Source of the DNA: Verrucomicrobiota bacterium
GTDB lineage: Bacteria > Verrucomicrobiota > Verrucomicrobiia > Limisphaerales > JACDHS01
NCBI GenBank assembly: GCA_013820875.1
Contig: JACDHS010000004.1
Coordinates: 20,563-84,562 of the forward strand
Length of the DNA stretch: 64,000 nucleotides
Direction of reading: 5' to 3'
The notes beneath the pieces were generated by a model. The model worked only from the letters and a program-made list of their open reading frames with translations, was not told the origin of the DNA and searched no databases. How positions within the stretch are numbered: the stretch's first letter is position 1; each line of letters begins with the position of its first letter. A program made the position numbers and the translations under genes. Positions 58,532-64,000 of the stretch are shown here, one piece after another.

Positions 58532-59640
58532 GAAAGCTTTCCTCGCGCGTCCACCGTGATCTTGCGCAACGAACCATCCGCTTCCAGCCACCAGATTGCA
58601 TCCTGCAAATTGACACAGGGACAAATGTGATTGGGAATCACGGAAACGCGTTCGCCGACTTTGGGCCGTTTCTCGCAGCGCGACACATCCACCTGGCCAT
58701 GCTCCTCGCTCAACGCTGAAATGCGGGCGGCTGGATACTCTATAATGTGACCATGCCCGCTCTCCTTCGCTGGCCCACAGAGATCGCTTGTGAAAGTTTT
58801 CGACCCTCCATCAAGGACAACCTGGCTTTCCACCGCGTCACTCACCACCGTGCAAATGATTTGCGCCGCGCAATCTTCCAGCGGGCAATAGCCGCCCCGG
58901 ACGATGTTCATATCATTGAAGACATACGTGCCCGGACGAATTTCTGTATATTCCTTGACCAGGTGGGATTGAAAAGCCGTGGGCGTTGATCCGCCGGAAA
59001 CGATCCCCGCCGACAAACCGCTTTTTGCCCAGAGATCAATGGCTTCCTGGAGTTTCACTGACACTGCAGCAAGAGGTGCTGCTTGTTGCTCAACCGATTG
59101 CCCAATGTGGCCGGGATAACACAGGATTCCATCCAATCGCAGACCGCGGCTCTGATCGATCAACTGGGCAAGCGCCAGCGAATCGGACGCAGTCGCCACG
59201 CCGACGCGTTTCATCCCGACATCCATTTCCACGAGCACACCAATCGTGCTGTTCGCAGATTGCGCCGCGGCGGCCAGGGCTTCCACACCAAAGGAACTAT
59301 CCGCCACCACGCGCATCGTCCGGGAGTGAGCCAGTTCCGCGAGGCCTTTGCATCGGGCCAGATCCACGGCGGGATAAGCCATCAACAGATCTTCTGCTAC
59401 CGCCTGCAGTTGCTCGGCTTCTCCGACTTTGGCAACGGTCAGCCCAATCGCGCCTGCCTCAATCTGCAAACCGGCGATGAACCGGCTCTTATGGGTTTTT
59501 GTATGCGGACGAATGCCAAGATTGTGCTGCGACGCGTAGGTGGCAAGTCTTTGGATATTGCGGCGAACGATCGCTGCATCCAGGACTAGTGCTGGGGTCG
59601 GTAACTCCGCGAGGTTCCTCGCTTGATCCAAGTCTTTCAT
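58528..59640 (-). CDS. Fold-type III PLP enzyme (D-threonine aldolase / DSD1 family)
   Basis: RPHTKTHK, SGGSTP, EIRPGTYVFND, SEEHG, PNHIC. Confidence 0.92.
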   Translation of the reverse strand: MKDLDQARNLAELPTPALVLDAAIVRRNIQRLATYASQHNLGIRPHTKTHKSRFIAGLQIEAGAIGLTVAKVGEAEQLQAVAEDLLMAYPAVDLARCKGLAELAHSRTMRVVADSSFGVEALAAAAQSANSTIGVLVEMDVGMKRVGVATASDSLALAQLIDQSRGLRLDGILCYPGHIGQSVEQQAAPLAAVSVKLQEAIDLWAKSGLSAGIVSGGSTPTAFQSHLVKEYTEIRPGTYVFNDMNIVRGGYCPLEDCAAQIICTVVSDAVESQVVLDGGSKTFTSDLCGPAKESGHGHIIEYPAARISALSEEHGQVDVSRCEKRPKVGERVSVIPNHICPCVNLQDAIWWLEADGSLRKITVDARGKLS

Positions 59641-59847
59641 TTTATGATGTTGATGGCGTTGCTGGGCGGGGTTGCGGGAGCTTTGCTCATATCAAGTAGG
59701 TACCGATTCCAACATGGGAGCAACTTCCGTTCAACACCAAAGTACAAATAGAAAATCCGTGGAATCCCAAAAAGCAGTTAACCTAAATCCGGCAGGTTCA
59801 ATACCGCTGATCTACGCTAATGACCGCTAATCAGAGGGGGATTGCAT

Positions 59848-59973
59848 TTTGGACTGCGCTGGCAGAGCGCAGCGGCGACAGCGCTTTCGGGCGTATTAAG
59901 CACCAGGAAATTGAAAACTCCGCATTGGGCGTCCGAAAGCGGTGTCGCGCTTCGCTTGCCACCGCAGTCCAAA
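59848..59973. repeat. Inverted pair of GC-rich palindromic interspersed repeats
   Basis: TTTGGACTGCG...GACAGCGCTTTCGG versus CCGAAAGCGGTGTC...CGCAGTCCAAA. Confidence 0.85.
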
Positions 59974-60029
59974 TTCGTCTCCTCGTGACCGGATAAAATA
60001 TCGGTTGTCCCAGCAACCTTGTCCCAGAC

Positions 60030-60281
60030 CACGTTTTTGAAGGTTTCAAAACTTTTTTTCTGGCTCCAAAATTATGCGCGGAGATTTTTAAGCTCCATAT
60101 TTGGTTCCAAAATTATGTGCGGAAGTTTTTAAGGTCCATTTTTGTCTCCAAAATTATGTGGGAGCTTTTTGAAACTCTTTTTTTGGACGCAAAATTAATT
60201 TTAGAAGTGTTTAAGGTCCATTTTTCGCCCCAAAATTAATTTTGGAACTTTTTAAGGAGCTTAAAAACATTCAAAACACGT
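60030..60281. repeat. Degenerate AT-rich 41-bp tandem repeat, about 5-6 copies
   Basis: AAAATTA at 60068, 60109, 60150, 60191, 60232. Confidence 0.9.
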
Positions 60282-60512
60282 CACAAGTCGCTTTAAATCA
60301 GATACTTGCCCGGGTTTTGTTGGTTCCTCGCTGTTTTCGGTGGAATTACCCTTCAGAAATTCCAGACTTCCTCTCTTCCCCTGGAAAATTCTCTCTGCTT
60401 ACGCCGTTTTCCGACATCTTTGCGCAGGAAATCTCCCTTTAGGGTTAAACTTCGTTCAACGGGTTTAGGGGTTGATTGCGCACATCAACTATGTACCTAA
60501 TTGTGCAGACAA

Positions 60513-61670
60513 ATGGATTTTACAGCGATCCCAACCACTAATCGAGCAGCGGACATGTTGCCGAAGCATGAGCAGTTGCGTGCCCATCTCTTGCGGGAGT
60601 TGAGCGAAGGCCGACTGCGGCCTGGGGACGCTCTCCCGACGGAAGTGGAATTGGCGGCTTCATTTAGTATATCGCGGAATACGGTTCGCCAGGCACTGGC
60701 TGAATTAGAGCGCAGCGGCATCATTCGCAGGATCCCCGGGCGCGGAACCTTTGTGCATGATGCGGCCATTCAAAAGCTGCGATCCGGGCTGGATATTTTT
60801 GCCCTGGTTATTCCCGAAACGCGGACGGGTTATTACCCATCGCTGCAGCGCGGTTTTAATGAGGGTGCGAGTAAATTGCGCAACCAGGTGATCGTCTGCG
60901 ACACGGATAATGATCCCTTCCGGCAAGCGGATGCCCTGCTTCAATTGATGGACCAAAATGTCGCCGGGATCGCACTGGTGCCGACAATCACTCCGACCAC
61001 TCCGGTTTATCAAATCCGCCCGCTTCACGAGCGAGGAATCCCGGTCGTTTTCTGTCATCGCAGGGTGGAAGGGATTTCAGCTCCATTGGTGACTTTCTCA
61101 GGGTTGGAAGTGGGGCGCCTGGCTGGGAAGGCGATGGTTGAACGCGGCCATCGCCGGGTAGCATTCTTCAGTGCGCATCGAGCAGGATTGGGCGGGCAAT
61201 ACGAGCAGGGCTTGCGCGAGGCATTGCACGTTTGTGGAGGAGAGTTGCAGGAAGAATTTATCCATTATGATTACGCCACAAAAAAGGCCGATGACCATGA
61301 GCGATATTTTCAAACGAGCCTTGAAAAGCTGGTCCAACATCCTGAGCGTCCCACTGCCATCTTTTGCGCCTTCGACTCCGAAGCGGAACTGGTTTACCTG
61401 CTGCTCAACCGCATGGGAATCAAAGTGCCGGAGGAACTTTCCATCGTCGGTTTCGGCGGTGCCTGGCGCGAAGGAGCGATCACGCGTCGCCTGACTTCGG
61501 TGACAGTGGACGAAGAAGAACTGGCGCGACGGGCGGTGCAGTTGTTGGAAGAGATGCGAAACAGGGAACGGCCGCTCAACGATATGACGGAAATACTCAT
61601 GGCGGTGAGTCTCAGCAACGGCGAGACGCTCGGCGCGGTGCCGGGTGATGCGTCGGTTCGCAAAGAATAG
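60513..61670 (+). CDS. GntR-HTH / LacI-type effector domain regulator (AraR-like)
   Basis: LPTE.ELA..F.ISRNTVRQAL...GRGTFV; periplasmic-binding-fold C-terminus, VPEELSIVGF. Confidence 0.93.
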   Translation: MDFTAIPTTNRAADMLPKHEQLRAHLLRELSEGRLRPGDALPTEVELAASFSISRNTVRQALAELERSGIIRRIPGRGTFVHDAAIQKLRSGLDIFALVIPETRTGYYPSLQRGFNEGASKLRNQVIVCDTDNDPFRQADALLQLMDQNVAGIALVPTITPTTPVYQIRPLHERGIPVVFCHRRVEGISAPLVTFSGLEVGRLAGKAMVERGHRRVAFFSAHRAGLGGQYEQGLREALHVCGGELQEEFIHYDYATKKADDHERYFQTSLEKLVQHPERPTAIFCAFDSEAELVYLLLNRMGIKVPEELSIVGFGGAWREGAITRRLTSVTVDEEELARRAVQLLEEMRNRERPLNDMTEILMAVSLSNGETLGAVPGDASVRKE

Positions 61671-61735
61671 GATGCGAGCGCTTCTGTCATTATCAATTGT
61701 TCGCTACATGATGCTGGTTTCGACATGGCGCGACG

Positions 61736-61870
61736 TTGATCGAACGCGGCATTTACCATTTCCCAGTGATCGTGAAACAAGGCAGCATCAGTTTCGTCCA
61801 CACGGATGCTGATATAGATGAAACGCTGGAAGCGACTGACGACGCGCTCCGCGAACTCATTAAGAAGTAA
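61736..61870 (+). pseudogene. C-terminal stump of a class III (GSA-aminomutase-like) aminotransferase
   Basis: LIERGIYHFP...GSISFVHTDADIDETLEATDDALRELIKK*. Confidence 0.6.
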
Positions 61871-61899
61871 TTACGACGTCAACCTGTGGTTTAATACAT

Positions 61900-62985
61900 A
61901 TGCGACCGATGATAGATGCGCACCTGGATCTAGCCTGGAACGCGCTTTATTTTAACCGTGATCTTTTGGCGAGCGTTGCTGAAGTTCGACAATCCGAGAG
62001 CGGCATGACCGATCACCATGCGCGCGGATCGAACGCGGTCACGCTGCCGGAACTTCGGCGGGCAAATATTCCCGTTTGCATCGCGACCTTGATAGGGCGG
62101 AGCGGTCCGGACAAACCGCAGCGTCAGCAGTTCAATCGCACGGACCTTGATTACGCTACCCAGGCGATCGCCTATTCGCATGCCCAGGGACAATTGGCCT
62201 ATTATCGTCTGCTCGAAACACAAGGTCATCTGCGCTTCATTACCACGCGCGGGGAATTAAAGACGCACTGGGATTCATGGATGGCATCCCCGGTCACGAC
62301 GCCTCTCGGAATCATTCTCGGGATGGAAGGGGCCGATTCCATTCTCAACCCGGAGAATGTGGAGGCCTGGTGGAAACAAGGATTGCGGTCGGTCGGCCCC
62401 GTGCATTATGGCCGGAGCCAATATGCGCATGGAACAGCGACGAATGGGCCGCTAAGCGAATCGGGGATAAAGCTGCTGAAAGAATTCATGCGCACGGGGA
62501 TGATTTTGGACGTCACACACCTCTGCGATAAATCCTTTTTCCACGCGCTGGAGATTTACAACGGTCCGATGCTTGCGAGTCATCATAATTGCCGCGCGCT
62601 GGTCCCTAATGACCGACAACTGGCGGATGAACAAATTAAACTTTTAATTCAACGCGACGCGGTGATTGGAACAGCGTTTGATAATTGGATGCTGCACCCA
62701 GGCTGGAAGCGCGGTGAAACGAAACCAGAAGTGGTCGGCATCGAAGCAGCGGCGGATCACATGGATCATATTTGTCAACTCGCCGGCAACACGCAGCATT
62801 GCGCTTTCGGTACCGATCTGGATGGTGGCTTCGGCACAGAACAAACCCCCGGCGACCTCGACACGATCACCGATGTTCACAAACTCGAACAGATCCTCGC
62901 TCAACGCGGTTACAAGGACAGCGACATCGATGGGATTTTCTTTGGCAACTTGCTTAGGTTCTTCAGTGCTGCCCTTCCTGAGTAA
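61900..62985 (+). CDS. Membrane dipeptidase (M19)
   Basis: DAHLD, MEGAD, LDVTH, ASHHN, GTDLDG. Confidence 0.92.
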   Translation: MRPMIDAHLDLAWNALYFNRDLLASVAEVRQSESGMTDHHARGSNAVTLPELRRANIPVCIATLIGRSGPDKPQRQQFNRTDLDYATQAIAYSHAQGQLAYYRLLETQGHLRFITTRGELKTHWDSWMASPVTTPLGIILGMEGADSILNPENVEAWWKQGLRSVGPVHYGRSQYAHGTATNGPLSESGIKLLKEFMRTGMILDVTHLCDKSFFHALEIYNGPMLASHHNCRALVPNDRQLADEQIKLLIQRDAVIGTAFDNWMLHPGWKRGETKPEVVGIEAAADHMDHICQLAGNTQHCAFGTDLDGGFGTEQTPGDLDTITDVHKLEQILAQRGYKDSDIDGIFFGNLLRFFSAALPE

Positions 62986-64000
62986 TTCGAACTTCACGCG
63001 TTTCCCTGACGGCTCGAAGGGCGCCGCTCGTAAAAACCAGCGGATAAAGCCGCTCGTAATACCACAATTTAGCGAAATAAAAACCGATGGGGGCCGGTTG
63101 GGGCCATTCGCCGCTTTCCACTTTTCGGATTAAGTATTCGGTCCCGCGTTCTGCTGCTGCGAGCGTGGCAGTCTTCGTTTGTATCGAGAGAATCGGAATT
63201 CTTAGAACTGCAGAGATCGACTCTACCGCGAGCGCTGTTTCTTCGGTGGACGATGGAATATTCGTGGAACCGCCCCAACCGCCGTCCGCATTCTGCGCCG
63301 AAAGCAGCCACTGCAGCCCGCGATCGAGTGACCGTTGGAGCATCGGGGATTGTGTGTCCAGAGCGCTTAACGCCAACAGCACGCGCGATGTTCCGTAAAC
63401 CGGATTTTCATCATCGGGACTGGCTTGATTTCCAAACCAGAGCGGAACCCAGGAGCCGTTCTCATTTTGCACGCGTTTGAGGTAAGCCACTGCTTTGGTA
63501 ATGCCTTGGCGCAATTTCTCTAGGAATGTTGCATTCAGATGGGGTGACCACGCGTAAGCCGCCCGAATGAAATGCGCTGTGATGTCCTGGCTGCTTCGAT
63601 CGAATGGCAATGCGCCCCATCCGCGACAGAATGTCGGGATTCCGCCATCGCGATTCTGGACGCCCAGAAGCCATGTTAGACCGGCAGTAGCGGCATCCAA
63701 AGTTCCCGGGTGCGCGTGACGCAAGTGGAACAATGCAAGCACTGCACCAGCGGTGTCGTCGGAATCGGGAACTCCGCCCGGCAACTCTGTCCAAGCCCAA
63801 CCACCAGGTTTGGCGTGAGTATAGGGATGTTCAATCTTGTGTTGTTCGCCGATTAGAAGTGCAGCCAGTGCAGCGGCATCTTTCTCATCCAATACTCTGC
63901 TGGTTTCACTTTGAAGCGCATTGATGGCGAGTGTCGTTACCCACGTGGAAAGATTCGAATCTATAGGCCAACTGCCATCCGCGCGGACGGATCTCTCCAG
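62963..64000 (-). CDS. Squalene-hopene cyclase-like prenyltransferase, 5' part beyond the window
   Basis: DSDDTA motif, QW repeats (QNRDGG, QNENGSW, QNADGGW); frame open to the window end. Confidence 0.88.
   Translation of the reverse strand: MERSVRADGSWPIDSNLSTWVTTLAINALQSETSRVLDEKDAAALAALLIGEQHKIEHPYTHAKPGGWAWTELPGGVPDSDDTAGAVLALFHLRHAHPGTLDAATAGLTWLLGVQNRDGGIPTFCRGWGALPFDRSSQDITAHFIRAAYAWSPHLNATFLEKLRQGITKAVAYLKRVQNENGSWVPLWFGNQASPDDENPVYGTSRVLLALSALDTQSPMLQRSLDRGLQWLLSAQNADGGWGGSTNIPSSTEETALAVESISAVLRIPILSIQTKTATLAAAERGTEYLIRKVESGEWPQPAPIGFYFAKLWYYERLYPLVFTSGALRAVRETREVRITQEGQH

Noticed and set aside
123-60388. Shared CCTG(A/G)AAAA-like motif in array flanks (123-131, 15493-15500, 43436-43444, 60380-60388)
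   Set aside because: Short, low-complexity and at variable distance; cannot be told from chance without a genome-wide test
59695-60500. AraR-like operators TAGGTAC (59697) / GTACCTA (60493)
   Set aside because: Only a 7-bp match; plausible but unsupported without comparative data

Overview
Bacterial chromosome segment. Gene content (sulfatases, H-X9-DG pseudopilin, delta-60 repeat protein, GTAG-type REPs) suggests Verrucomicrobiota, but this is inference. Housekeeping genes (rnc, purD, mrp, fcl, ptsI, tRNA-Lys) are interspersed with accessory blocks: a sulfatase triplet, a UbiA/CrtC-like/geranylgeranyl-reductase cassette, an AT-richer envelope island (28850-41759), a sigma-54 pilin-ABC operon and a decaying amino-acid catabolic cluster. 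Three signals stand out. (1) Five intergenic tandem arrays of unrelated sequence all have a 41-43 bp period, palindromic cores and an inverted copy of part of the unit at one end. (2) A small GIY-YIG nuclease gene lies between tRNA-Lys(UUU) and a partial tRNA copy whose anticodon arm is rewritten as a palindrome. (3) A secreted 8-Cys peptide is followed by a CxxC protein and a MauE/DoxX-like membrane protein. No CRISPR array, rRNA or transposase was seen. All family assignments come from motifs recognised by eye, not from database searches.
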